From Chlorokybus atmophyticus (lineage: Eukaryota > Plantae > Mesostigma and Chlorokybus algae): DNA of 64,000 bases. Position 1 is the first letter of the stretch. Each line of letters begins with the position of its first letter. Where the stretch lies: positions 195,104 to 259,103 of the forward strand of contig RHPI01002823.1 in NCBI GenBank assembly GCA_009103225.1. Direction: 5' to 3'. Made by a program: the position numbers and the translations under genes. This document shows, one piece after another, positions 50,501-63,209 of the stretch. The notes below the pieces were generated by a model, which was not told the DNA's origin, searched no databases, and saw nothing but the letters and a program-made list of their open reading frames with translations.

Positions 50501-50614
50501 CACATGGGTGGGGTGCACAGAGGAAAAGTTGTCCCTCAGGAACCTGTCCCTAGTTTTCTGGCCGTTGTTGCCACAGTTGAACACTTGGCTGGCAGAAGGC
50601 ACTGCGGTCATCAT
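47581..50614 (-). pseudogene. Uncharacterised spliced cargo gene of the CACTA element, disrupted by solo LTR and frameshift
   Basis: GT-AG exons 50614-50310, ~49720-49396 + 48966-48913, ~48790-48520, ~48430-47848 and ~47670-47581. Removing the solo LTR restores VLWCPL|SDGPLSDDVLRATWLKFR in frame. Frameshift near 50460. Confidence 0.6.
48972..49395. mobile_element. Solo LTR of the same copia family
   Basis: 424-bp TGTTGAAGG...CTCAACA, near-identical to the LTRs at 36503 and 40987. TSD CAAGG (48967-48971, 49396-49400). Confidence 0.98.
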
Positions 50615-53600
50615 TGTTACACTATGCACAAAGCACCTAAGCTTCCAGGTGACAAAAGGCTCACACAGCAGTCTATAGCACGAGAGTCTACAGCACGCGA
50701 CTTATTGCAGCTGCGATAACCAGTGCCGAAGTCATACTGCGCACAACGCACAACACATGCGCACAACGCACGCGCGAGCGAACAAAACTTCCAAAGGAAT
50801 CAACGGAACCTGACAACAAACACTTCCAAATGAATCAACTTTCAGTGCCTGTGACCTAGGGTTCGTCGGAGCGGCCTATGCGGTCGCCTGTCACGCCGCC
50901 GGCAGCCTGATGTTTGGTGTGCCTAAGGTAGTTCTGGCGGTGCTGGCAGAGGTGTGGTAGCGGAGTGCTGGCTTGTGTTGCACAAGAGTGTTATCCAGTG
51001 CAAGTTGTTGCAGAGATCAGCAAGCTGAGAAACACCATGGATGATGACATCCCTACCGTGTCGGCGGCATCGTCGACTTCAGAGGAGACTCGGAGGCAGC
51101 CTTCACACCAGCGGACTTTCTATTGGCACTGTCCCTACTGCAGAACAAATGTGAAGGCGGGCCATTTAAAGTCCAACGGGCTTCCAAAAACCACACACAC
51201 CAAGACTGCAAAGATTGCGCAGCACCTGCACATCAGACATTGCAGGTACATGCGCAGACGAACCAACCAGGGCGGCAGGGAGACAGCAGATGAGCTGAAG
51301 AGACGGATGGGGGATTTTCTATCCAAAGCAGTATGGGTGCGTGTGATGTTGTGAAAGTGCGTTTGTTCTTATAGACTTGTAGACTCATAGACGTTGTATG
51401 CATGCTAGTGAACTGATATCTGGGCAAAAGACTATGCAACAAAGTTGACTTACGTGAAGCATATGTTGGCGTGCAGGCTCTGAATCATCCCAAACAAAGC
51501 AGAGTTTCCGTCGACAACGTGCGGAGAGTCACCGAGGAGTATCTGCGAAAGCATCACACTGGAGCCTTTGCATTTGTAAGTACATGCAGCATGCAACTGT
51601 TAGCGAAAAAAATGCCATTACAACGCCTTGGTTGCTAACCTTGTCGCTTGTTACACAGAACAAGAAATTATGGGATGACGCTGAGCACGATTACAACAAC
51701 ATCCCCCTCTACGCGAAGGAGCAAACCACACCAAAGCGGACAAAGCGGCAGCGGCAGCAAGGTTCAGGTGTTGCCGCTGCAGGTTCAGCGGCAGAAGCGT
51801 CAACAGCGGAGGAAATCGAGTTCGACTTCGCTGCGACAGAGACGAGGGAGCCAGAGGAGCTTAAGGAACAACTTGAGGATGTGATGCAGGAGGGGTCGGA
51901 GGAGTCAGTGCAGAAGGCTACGGAGGAGGTGTTGGAATTGGAGCAGTCTGAGGAGGAAGAGGTGGTGCCACCTGCAAAAAAAACGAGGCATGCCAGCTGG
52001 CGAGGCATGAAAATAGGAACGTCATCGGCAGCCGGCTCTCCCAAAACTCCCCAAACACCTGTGAGTATCCATGCGAATACTCATAGACTGCTCTGATCAG
52101 GACATGTGCGCGTTGTCTTATGTCATAGGCCGAGGCAGTCTGTGAGTGAATAAATGTATATGATATCCTTACCATTGTCTTACACACAGGGTGGCAGGGT
52201 GAACCAACCTGTAGCCGATGCCCCACAGGCTACTAAGCCAAGGCAACACCGATCAGCGCAGGCCCGTGAACTGGCTGTGACCAATGCTGCAGCCGAGGTC
52301 AATCGATTCACCAAGACGGGGATGAACGCTGTGGAGTTGCCACCGCCATCAGAAGAACATCTGCGGGTGCGTCTTTGTTCGCATGGTATCATGCATGCTG
52401 ATCACATGCCATGGGCGCCATGCTGCATGCACTCAGTTGCAGCCTATGACAATTCACACCAACTTACCGTCACTTGTTGTTTGCAGAGTGACAGAGAGCT
52501 TCCCAACCACAAGCGCATACATAGAGCGACCGGTGACCCATGGCAGCTGTGGACGAATGGTCCAATTCCTATAGGCGAACTCTTCCATTTTGCTGGCAAA
52601 GAGTTTATCATCAAGCCTTCCAATATCCCTAGCGCAGGGCTCGGCTTGTTCACCTGCCAGCCTATTAAGAAGGGTAACCGCATCATGGTCTTTGACGGCA
52701 AGTGGTACTCCTACCGGGAGATGCAGAAGACATTCCCTCAAAAGGAGCACCTGCACAACCAGCAATACCACCTGCAGGTCATCAGGGACGTGCCACGCCG
52801 CCAGAGCCCTGTCATCGATGGCCACCCTCGATATGGGAACATAGCTGGCTTCCTCAACTCCAGCCGCGATACGCAGTACAAACCCAACTGCCACATCATG
52901 GACTCCGTTGATGAGGCTGCGGTGCAGGCAGCTGAGGTTAGGAGTCAGAGTGACATCGCCGCCGGGGAAGAGCTGCTCATGGAATACGATCCCTTCCCTC
53001 CACCTCCAGACGAGCAACCTATAGACCATGTGAGTATATGCAGCCTCTGGCTCGTGCCTATAGACATCACTTGCTCTGCCAGACACTGTCTCCTGCTGTT
53101 ATAGACTGCATCTGTGAGAGCTGTGCGGTCTATGACCTTGTCATTAAGCATTGCAAACAATATGCTGATCACCGTCTTACCTCAGGTCATGGAGTACTTT
53201 TTCGAGGCGGCCAGAGAAAAGTTTATCAAGGTGGCAACAGAGATGGCAGCTCGCCATGGCGTCGCGCTCGAAGACGGCGCGTACCTTGCCGCTTGCACTG
53301 CACCGCGTCAAGCTGGTGAATCTTTAGGCGCTTACACATGGAGGGTGCTGAAACGACCATAAGTCGCCCAAAATCAAAGACAGAATGTAAGTGTTGAGAA
53401 CGCTTCGTCAGTGCATGGTCGTACATGTCATTGTGCATTCATAGACTGCACTTGTGTCACCAGAACGACACAGTCAATCACACTGTCAGAGAGGCGTGTG
53501 TACGCCTTTTACAAGGGCTATTTGACTCATCTGAAAGCAAGTGCGCTGAGCTTACACGCGTGCTAGATAGACTATTCCTGCTGTTAAGACAGATAGACTC

Positions 53601-56600
53601 CAGAATAGAACAAGAGAAAGAACAGAGGGTATGTTTGTGTTATTAAACGTAAATGAGTTGTGTGTAATTCGTGTTCTAATTGGTGGTTATGATTCGCAGA
53701 AACTTACCAAGGAAGTGTTTCGTAAGGCAGAGACTACAATTCGCAAAGGCCTTCAAGAGATTGCCGCTCAGGGCGCCATGGTGACACGGGCTGCGAATCA
53801 GCACAGGCTGAAGGAGCAGGATTATTAGTCAAGAATTGAGAAGACCATTTTGTCCATGGTGCGCAATGGTCTGAATGAAAGCAGGCGACATTGGTTGACT
53901 GAGGAGCAGATAGCTGCCGTGCGCACCAATGTTCAAAACGCCCAAGATACGACTGCACAGTGGCAGGCTGAGCAAAAGCAATTGCAGCAACGCAACAAGG
54001 CGGAGTGGGAGACACGCCGGCTACGCATCAACGCCATTGCTAATCGGAGGAAACAGAAGCGAGAAGTTTGGCTGGAAGAGCAGATGAAGACCATCCATTT
54101 TCAAGATCCAGGATGGGCTGAGAATTACAAGTCCTTGCGCGCATACCTCATCAACTAGTGGGAGTGCAACCATCCTTGGCCATCCATTCCTGCTGCAGCT
54201 CCTGGTCCGACTCCTTCTAGTGCTGCTTCTGGTGCTGCGGCTACCTCTAGCAATCCTTCTCAAGCTGCTGTTGATGCTGCTCTTGCCTCTGCTGCTGCTG
54301 CACTTGCAGCATTGGGAGGGGTTTCGGGGCGACCTTCAGTTCCTCTAGTGTTTCCGGACAGGCCACCACAAGGAAGCGCAGAGAAGGATGCCATAGACCG
54401 TGGCCATCAAACTGCTGGAGGGACTCCAGGAGGTGCTGCTGAGGGTCAGCATGTCAGCGGTAATGAACCTGCTGGAGGTGATGAACCTGCTGAAGGTCGT
54501 GATGAACCTGCTTGAGGTGATCATCATGGAGACGGCAGTGGTGATGAACCCAGCGATCATGAAAGCAGCGATGATGACAGCAACGGTGACGGTGACGACG
54601 ATGCTCGTAAGAAGTTGGAAGACGGTATCGCTGCTGCACGTTCAGGAGTCGCCAATGCCAGCAACATAGCCAAGTTGGTTGAAGGCTTTGTCCAGAATCT
54701 CCAACAGCAAGTGCCCCAACTTCAGGTAACCCTTGGCCAAAGTCAGCATTAGTCAGTCTATGGCTACTTGTGCGTCACAGGCCGCACTGTCCATTTCGGT
54801 CTATGACCCCGCTGTTTCGTGTTTGTGCTCTAACTTGGTGTTTCGATGCAGCAACACCTAAAAGAGGCGTCTACAAGCACCCAGGCCGTTGCATCCGCCA
54901 GCGCTGATGTCAAGCGCATCCATGCAGCGGAGTTATCAGCCGCTGTTAAAGCAGCAGCCAAGGCTAGGCAACAGCATGCAGAGTTGCTGCAAACGGAGAA
55001 GAAGGCCAGAGAGGAGGCCGGGGGGCGCATATAGAAGCTGGAGGTGGCTCTTGCAAAGCAGGAGAAGGAAAGAGAGGAGGCCGTGGGGCGCATACCACAG
55101 CTGCAGGCCGCTTTCGATGCAGCCAATGCTGAGCGACAAAGGCTGCAACAGCAGGATTAGGCCAGAGCGGAAGACAGCCAGCGCGTACAACAGCTACAAC
55201 AAACTTTGCAAGAGTTGGGAGAAATCAATGCTCGGCGTTCAGAGATGGTGAGGGAAGAAGCTGAACGTCTGTGCGGTGAATGCCCTGCCTTGAAAGAGCA
55301 CCTCACCCGCTGCAAGCGCATTGAAGATGACGTCAAGGCCGCCTTTAATAGGATCAGCGAGTTGGATGAAGAGTTGGTGCTGGCCTTGCAGCGTGAGGAT
55401 GCAGCGCAAGAGTTGGTTGCCACCACTGCTGACAGGGACCGCCTACGACAGCAGTTGGCGACAGCCGAGGAGGCCAGGAAAAAGCAGCAGAACCTTCTTG
55501 ACCAGCTTCAGCAGCAGCCCTCCGCGCAAGCACAAAAGCTCCAAGCAGAGGTTGACGCCCTTAATGCAAGACTTTATCGTCAGCAGTCACACTAATACTC
55601 CATTCGGAAGCAGCAGGAAGACACGCTTCAGCACCGATTGAGGTGGACCCATGCGGAGAGGCAACGCTTGGAAACAGAGAATGTGAGCCTACGGCAGGCG
55701 AGGAGCAGCTTCAAAGGATAACAGCAGCACGCTTGGAGGAGATCCAGAGCCTGCAGGAGCGCCTGCGCAAAGCCGAGGAGGCCTCGCAACAAGCGCGTGA
55801 CGCTGCGCGCAAAGCCGAGGAGGCCTCTCAACTTCAAATCCAGCTTCAGCAAATGGCCTCCCTCCAGCGGCAGCCGCGTGAGGAGGCGGACCGCCTACAA
55901 AAGGGAAATGCAGAACTGAGTGAGCGCCTGCGCCAAGCTGAGGAGGTCAGGAAGAAGCAGCAGGAGAGCGGCGGCCAGCAGCAGCAGGAGGTGTCCACTC
56001 AGCAGAAGGCGCTTAAGGAGGCGGATCGTCTACGACAGGGCAATGCAAGCCTAACTGAGCGGCTGCGCCAAAGCGAGGAGGCCAGGATGAAGCTGGAGGA
56101 GAGCAGCGGCCAGCAGCAGCAGCAGGAGTCCTCCGCTCAGCAGGTGCGTGAAGAGGCGGACCGCTTACGAGAGGAGAACTTGCAACTGAGTGAGCGCCTG
56201 CGCCAAGCCGAGGAGGCCAGGAAGAAGCTGCAGGCGAGCAGCCTACGGCAGGACAATGAGAGCCTGCGCGAGCGCCTGCGCATAGGCGAGAAGGCCAGGA
56301 GGAAGCTCCGTGCAGCAGTGCAGTCTCTCAATGAAAAACTCGGGAAGGCCTCTCAACAGGCGCAAGAGGCTGGGCGCAAGCTGCAAACAGAGGTTGAATC
56401 TTTGACTGCTGAGAAGAACCGCCTCGAAGCAAGAGTGGAGTCTCTCAACAAACAACTCCAGCGGCTGGCCTCTCAAACGCAAGAGACTGGGGGCAAGCTG
56501 CAAGCCGAGGCAAGCAGGCAAGCAGATGCCCTGAATGCGGAGGTGAAACGCCTGCGTTAGGAAAATGCCAAACTCCAGAAGTCCAATAAGAAGCTTATCA

Positions 56601-59600
56601 AAGACGGCAAGCGACCAGCCACCATGGACGACTCGGAAATCCTGAAGGCGCAGGCGGACCTGGCAGAATCGGATGAAAACGTTGCTCAAGCCATGCAGCG
56701 TGTCAGTCATACAGAGAAGCTGCTCGAAGATAACCAGCAGAGGCTCGAGGAAACGCTTCAGATGCTGCAGACTGTAATGCCAGGTGGTGGAGCTGCTGAC
56801 ATTCCTTCCACGTCCACACTACCGCCAGAAGCTGAACAGCAAGAGAAAATCATTGAACAGCAAAGGGAGAACAATCAACTTGATAGGCGGGTCACGAACT
56901 TAGAAGATGACCTGGAGCTCGTTGAAAAACAGCACATTCGCATGGAAGGCGTGCTGGTTGATGAGTGGATGCGGGTTGTGGTGGAGGACTTCCTGGCTGA
57001 AAGTCCCGGCGCGCGGGCACGTTCGTTGAGCGAAGGAGGAGCACAGACTACCCAGCGCATACAACAGTACTTGCAAGGTTGGCAACAGCTGATGGCTCCA
57101 GAGCTTGCGGTATGCATACAAGCTCGCAATGCCTGGGCGCAGAGGAACAATCAAGCGACACGAGACTCTTGGGACAGTGATCATGCTGCATTGTGTGTTT
57201 TGATCCGAAACACAGCGCACCATTACCTCCGTGACATCAATCAACGGCGAGCGGAGAATGGGCTCCCTTTGTACGCCAACACTTTGGAGGCGTTTGGTGC
57301 TCTGCAGCCGGGCCTCACTCACTTTTTGCTTCTGCTTGATCAGAACATGGCGAACAGATCATATACACACCTCACTGCGGCACAACGGGAAGTTATGCAC
57401 CTGGGCCCACACTACACCAAAGCCATTTATCATAACCTGATCGGCTACTACTTGAGCAGACACTCACCACCACCACCGCCACCACCACCACCCTAGTATG
57501 GCCTATAGACTGAGTCAGTAGCACCCAGGTACCTACTTCAGGTTGCTTATAGTCCAGCTGCAGGCTGGGTTTATAGGCATCCATTCAGTTTACATAGCCT
57601 GCAGAACAGATGTGCATAAGTGTATACAGCAATATATTGCCATTACATGTTCATTGCTTGCCCTGCATGCTCGGCCATCACACATGCAGTCGCATGCACA
57701 CGCGCACAGTGCACCTAGTTGTCTGCAAGGCGCAGTTATCCGAACTGGTCTATGATGCAGACACACGCACATCACAAACACGTGAATGCAAGTGCAAACA
57801 CACTCACTTGCTGCCTGCTGTCCTGGCTTCCAATACATGCGATGTTGGTTGAATTTCATTCGCCGTCCATCACTTCTACTTCTCTCAGTCCAAGCGCAGC
57901 TGCTTCTGCTGCTCCCTTGCCTTGGCCAGTCGAGCTTTGTTTTGGCTGAGAAAGGGTCCTCCACCTGGTCGCTCGCAGATGTGTTAACCACCCACACGCC
58001 TAGCCTCCTCCCCCCTGCCTTATTCAGGTAGTCGACTACCATATGACCGTCGGACCGCACCTCTTTGACCACAACAACCCAAGGGGGTGGGTCAGCAGGA
58101 TCTTCATCTGGGGGCTCATACGGAAGTCTGAAGTCGAAAATGGACTTGCTGTTGTGCCGCATCTCCAGGACATCGCCCTTTTCTGGCCACACCGGCAAGG
58201 GGATGTCGGCTGCAGTGACTCTCAACTCTGTGCTGTCATAGTCGTACGCCAATTGATGATTTGCTACATCACGGTTGAGCAACACCCAGAGCTTGCGTTG
58301 CAACTGGTCTCCACCAATGAGCGTAAACTCATCTGCCAAACGCCCAATGCACTGTGCACCAGTGTCTCTGTCAATCAGGTCATTGCCCATGGCATCACGC
58401 ATCTTGGTATAAGGCCGCACTTGCACATGGATAGTGGATTTCTGCCAATTGAACAGGTAGATCTCATCCACCCGGCATGGTGCGACAGTTGGGTCCGCCA
58501 TCTTCATGTTATCAACGCCTCTGCGTCTGCAAATACCAAAGGCTTTACTCACTCACTGTGAATCAAGAGATGACAGTAGACAGTGCCTATGAGACTCTAG
58601 TAGACACTGCCTATGAGACACCTGACAGTGCCTATGAGACTTTTGGGCATAGCAATAGAATGCGTAATTCGTAGACACTGGACAGTGCCTATGAGACTTT
58701 CGGTCAGAGCAATAGATTACATAATTCGTAGACACTGGACAGTGCCTATGAGACTTTAGGTCAGAGCAATAGATTGCAAAATGCGTAGAATATACCACAC
58801 CTGTAGATGACCCCGTTACGCAGATATGCGCGGAACTTGCGTATGCCTCCGGGCAAGTTGCCAGTGATGTCCTCAACGCACTTGATTTCCAAGGCCAAGG
58901 GTCCCTGAAGAGGGACAGGCTTCCTGGTGCTGCCAATAAGGATGCCCTTTTCTCTGATCAGTCGCGTATGCTCCAGGTCTGCGAATTTCTCAGCGAGGGT
59001 CCAGAGCTCCATGGCGTGCTTTTGAGTGCGCACTTCGTAATGACAGTCACTACATGCTCCACTCAGAGGCTGGTAAACCTGCTGAGAGTGCGCCATTATA
59101 TCATTAGCTCGGTGGCACAACAGCTTTCCAGTCCTCTGATCTTCTCGCATGACGTTGAGCGTCCTCAGAAACCATCTCCTTAGTGTACGCCGCATGTAGC
59201 TGATCTCAAACAGGTTCCCATTGGTGAAGGTGTTGACATAGTTTGACACAGTGCGCTCTTGCACAAAACACCAGTACACATCATGACTCCCGTGCCAGAT
59301 GATGTCCTTCAAAATGTGACCGGCACCGGCCACATGCTCGTTGGGCCTTTTGTTGGTGCCAAACAGGTCCTCCGAGTAGACCCTCCAATATTTCAAAAGA
59401 GCGTCAGCAAGTTCCAACAGCTCCGCAGTCCAGCCATGTAGGCGAGAGTTGTGGAAGACGATGCGGATGAGCAAGTGAAGCGCAAAGCTAACGTCTCTGG
59501 TTGCTTCGTCTACCAGATCGGACACAGCGTATGGCACAGCATATTGCACGAACATCTGCAAGTCCTGGGCCTTGAACCAAGCCAGGTGCTTGCTGATGCC

Positions 59601-61930
59601 TCTTGGGAAACGTTTGCTCTTCGAGTCCATGGGGCATAATATGCGCATCTGAGACAGCCTGCGCTCCACCTTGACAATGTCTTCGACATGCTTTGAACTG
59701 TCTGCACGCAGCGTACTGTGCACGAAACTTTTGCAAAGCCCCTCCAGCAACAGGTGCATCGTGTCATAGACCAAGTCACGGCAAGGGTTAAACTCATACA
59801 GATGCCACAGCCACCAGAGTGGAGATTTCCCTGTGATGCCGCACTCCATTAATTTTTCTTTCCGGTTTGGGCCATCGAGTGAGTCCACCATGCACGCGTT
59901 GTCGAACGCATCCTTTGCTGCTCTCTCTGCTGGGGGATGGCGGCAGTAGTAGCGATTGTCACCATAAAAATGGTCTGTACGTGTCCTCGTAGTATCTTCA
60001 CCTTGCTCAGCACGCCGGGGCACTTGGTGCTGAGTGGCTTTGAGGAGACAACGCCGGCAGGGGACGAGGCCTCCATTCTTAAACTGGCCTATCTCACATT
60101 GCGCTGGCTGGTCACCCGTCCATGCCCACAGCACTACCCGCAGCGTTATCTCTTGACCTGCAATGAAGTCAACATCAGTATCTCACAACCAGTCTGATAG
60201 AGACTGTAATAGGCCGCACTGGGCAGTGCAGCCTATGACAGTCTCATAGACCGCAAGAAGGCAGATATGCTATAACCAAGTCGCAGCCACTGAACAGTGC
60301 CTATGAGACTTTAACATACACAAAAATGGACTGCATAAGTTGTAGACTCTGGACAGTGCCTATGAGACTTTGGGTGATATAGGTGACAAAACATGTCATA
60401 ACCCAGTCATTACCTGGTCGTCGATCAAGCACGCGGCTGTCGACATGATTGGAATCGAGGCCATAACGAACAGTGAAGCCGTTCAAGTAAGGATTCTCCA
60501 GGTCACGCACCAGTGGTTCCAGAAAGGGCTCCAGACTGTCCACACCGTTTGGGAGCTGATCAGTGGGAACAAAGAGCAAAGGCATGACGGAAGACTCTTG
60601 TGAGGAAATGCGCTTCCCACCATTGAGCATAGAGGCACTGACAACGGTGCAGCTGTGCTTCACAGTGGTTGTTGAGCTGAGCTGAAGCCGTCGACGTGGA
60701 TTAGCAGGGCTATGTTGCGAGGGTCGCCAAGAGCTTGCTGTACCATCTGATGGTTGGTTTTGTGGCACCTTGAGCATTCAAATGTCACGTGATCGCCTGC
60801 GTTGTGATGCTCCAAATCGACGTCCGGGATGTGGTGGCAGAATGCGCAGGACACAGGCAGCTTGATTTTGTGGCGAGGGTCCCAGAAGCTGCAGTGATGC
60901 TGCTTCTTCGCACCATGCCAGTACACAGTGTTTGCAGCAGGTACTTGTTCCACAGGGACGTGCAACCACTCATCTTTGTGGCGCCATTCCTCCAGATAGT
61001 CGTGAGCGATTGAAGGGACAGCTAACTTGGCGCTGAGCCAGGCACCTATACGATTGTACAAGAAGTCGCAATATTCTTTGCGAACCCTGCCGCATCCCCC
61101 TCCGCACGGTGTGTTGCGAAGGCGATCAATCATATTTTGCTTGGTCTCGCTCGTGTCCGAGTCTTCATCATCTTCATTGAGTGTGGGATAAGGTGCATCA
61201 AACAAGTACTTGCATGTGGGACAGACGGTCAGGCGCTGAGGAACAGGCATGCTGAGCGCGGCCAACACTTTATCCACGGCGGCAATATCTGTCGGCAGCT
61301 CATCCGCGATAGGGCTGTGCGATATTGTGTCGCCTATGAGGCTGGCGATGTCATCTCGCAACTGCTCCTGTTCAAAAGGAATCTCCAAGGCCAGCTTGAC
61401 CACAGAATTTATATGGCCAAAGATGAGCTTCATAATCTCGTTGACGAGAGCAACCTGGACACCAGAATCCAGGGCTGTCACAATCTTTAGGTAGATATCC
61501 AGCCACTTCTTTGTAGCAGACTTTGATGGTGGTTGGCTGGGCTCGAGAGGTTGACTTTGGGTAATAGGTGGTGCCCACCTGCTTGCGGCAATTGCCAGGT
61601 CAAGTGCACGGTGCGCCTTTGCAACTGCTTCGTCCACCATCTATGATGACAGATCTTGGTTAGCACGCCTGCGATCAACACCAATCCACATCACCACGCT
61701 ATCAAAAATCACAAGCAAGACACACGCGTGCATGGCTGTGTCATAGACCAGACTGGCACTGTCCAGTGCCTATGAGTCCTTAGGTCTCAGCAGAGGAATG
61801 CATAAGTCGTAGACACTGGACAGTGCCTATGAGACTTTAGGTCAGAGCAATGGAGTGCATGACTCGTAGACACTGGACAGTGCCTATGAGACTTTCGGTC
61901 AGAGCAATAGATTGCATAACTCATAGACCG
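49724..61930. repeat. Dispersed clusters of a ~40-57 bp repeat (TCGTAGACACTGGACAGTGCCTATGAGACTTTAGGTCAGAGCAAT...)
   Basis: Tandem clusters at ~49724-50000 (reverse orientation), ~58576-58775, ~60197-60372 and ~61745-61930, all in introns of CACTA-borne genes. Confidence 0.85.
51037..57496 (+). pseudogene. Spliced cargo gene: N-terminal C2H2/BED-like Zn finger, SET domain, long coiled coil (3' half has stops)
   Basis: WHCPYC...IAQHLHIRHC. SET motifs IKPSNIPSAGLGLFTCQPIKKG, GNIAGFLNSSR...KPNC and DIAAGEELLMEY (~52600-52990). Q/E/R/L-rich coiled coil at 54850-56900. In-frame stops at 53826, 54156, 54513, 55032, 55158, 55593 and 56558, plus a frameshift near 55700. Confidence 0.8.
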
Positions 61931-61986
61931 CACTGCTTACCATGCTGCGGCATCCACTGGAATTGCAGTTGCAGATAACTTGACGA

Positions 61987-62019
<33 letters not shown>

Positions 62020-62547
62020 CTCTCCACATGATCAGATGACTCGTCGGTGAATGAGCCACCTCCAGCTTCAGCAGCCGGTGACAGAGGGGAATGCGAAGTG
62101 GATGGCTGGCCAGCGGTTGCAGGGGGGTGAGCAGCAGGCTGAGTTGCTGAAGCTGGCTTGCAGGGAGTCATATGAGGCGCTTAACAACTGCTGTCAAGAA
62201 TCTGTGCTGGCTGTGTCGCAGTGAGGCTTGAAAGCTAGCTAGTGGGGGCAAGGATGTTACCTGAGTGAGGGCTCTGCCTGCCCATCCACCTCCATGGGGG
62301 ACGCGTTGTCACCAGCGAGGCCGCTATCAGCCAAAAGTTGGGACACCTCAGCTTCTCTGCGGGCAAGAGCTTGCTCTCTTTGACTCAACTCCAAGTCCTT
62401 CTGACGTAGGAGACCTTGCGTTGCATTAACAACCAACTTGGAACGCTGCTTCCGCTTGCGCAAAGCTGCAAGGTTGACTGCAGGTAGCTTGAGTCCGATA
62501 GACTGGTGGAGTCTTTCAGCAATATCAGCTGCTTTTCGGTCCGCCAT
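57736..62547 (-). pseudogene. CACTA/EnSpm Tnp2-type transposase, spliced, frameshifted
   Basis: VCPTCKYLF, RNIALLIHVDGF, LEPFLEPLVRDL, WTGDQPAQCEIG, PCRRC, VYDTMHLLLEG, RFPRGI, WFKAQDLQMF, WCFVQER. Frameshift at ~60680 (DGF|QLSSTTTVKHS). In-frame TAG at 61641-61643 between the upstream exons and ORF 60660-61640. The 3' end is approximate. Confidence 0.85.
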
Positions 62548-62643
62548 GCTGGGTGCATGCGTAGTACCCACGAAACCAGCTGTGCCAAAGGTTTTCGCCA
62601 CCGCCGCCGCCGCCGCCGCCGCCGAGACTGCAGCGCAAGCCCA

Positions 62644-62651
62644 AAACCCTA
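62644..62651 (+). promoter_or_regulatory. Telo-box-like AAACCCTA near the probable transposase 5' end
   Basis: Exact AAACCCTA ~100 bp upstream of ATG 62547. A single 8-mer, so weak evidence. Confidence 0.25.
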
Positions 62652-63209
62652 GCAAATGGACAGGGGACCATGCATGCCCAGTGCCTGCAACTCGTTGAGC
62701 ATTGGCGCACGTGACCTTGGGAGCAACGGACCAGGTGAGATGTGTCGTATGCTTCCAACGTCATTCTTCACCGTTGGTTATCATAATATATCAATGATCC
62801 AAAAGAGCTATTGAGTTGTTGAGTGCTGTTTCGGTTTCGGAACCATGCATGGTCTATGAGGGCCGCTTGCAACCGTACCAGTGCAGCTTGGTCCCGCTTG
62901 TGAGGACATAATTGGTCCGTACAGTACATGCATTCTGTACCGGTGCTGCCCTGGCTCATAGGCCGCAGGGCATGCGACCAGCCTTGGTCCTACTGCTCAG
63001 GCCGCGTGCTGACCAGTGCTGTACCGGTCTACAAGCCGCGGGACACGCCACCAGCCCTGGTCCGGTCATTCGGATTATATCGGCGGGCTCCGGGGCCAAC
63101 CCACCGGTGGTCCGATCATGCCGGACCAGTTGCGGCACTGGTACGCTACAACGTACCAGACGTGGTCTACGCGCTGCGTACGACTGGTCCGCGCATAAAA
63201 AGCCCTGTG

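Larger units (their letters stand above)
46598..63209 (-). mobile_element. CACTA/EnSpm-superfamily DNA transposon, 16,612 bp
   Basis: Imperfect 26-bp TIRs (CACACGGAATTTTTTCCACGGACCAG vs revcomp right end CACAGGGCTTTTTATGCGCGGACCAG, 20/26 matches). 3-bp TSD CCA (46595-46597, 63210-63212). Dense TGGTCC/GGACCA subterminal motifs at both ends. Tnp2-type transposase inside. Confidence 0.93.

Noticed and set aside
53826-56560. TAA/TAG reassigned to Gln (as in some ulvophytes), which would make the SET gene intact
   Set aside because: Gln-rich exons of SDA1 and NOP14 contain no in-frame TAR, NOP14 ends at TAA at the expected position, and the SET gene also has a TGA and a frameshift.
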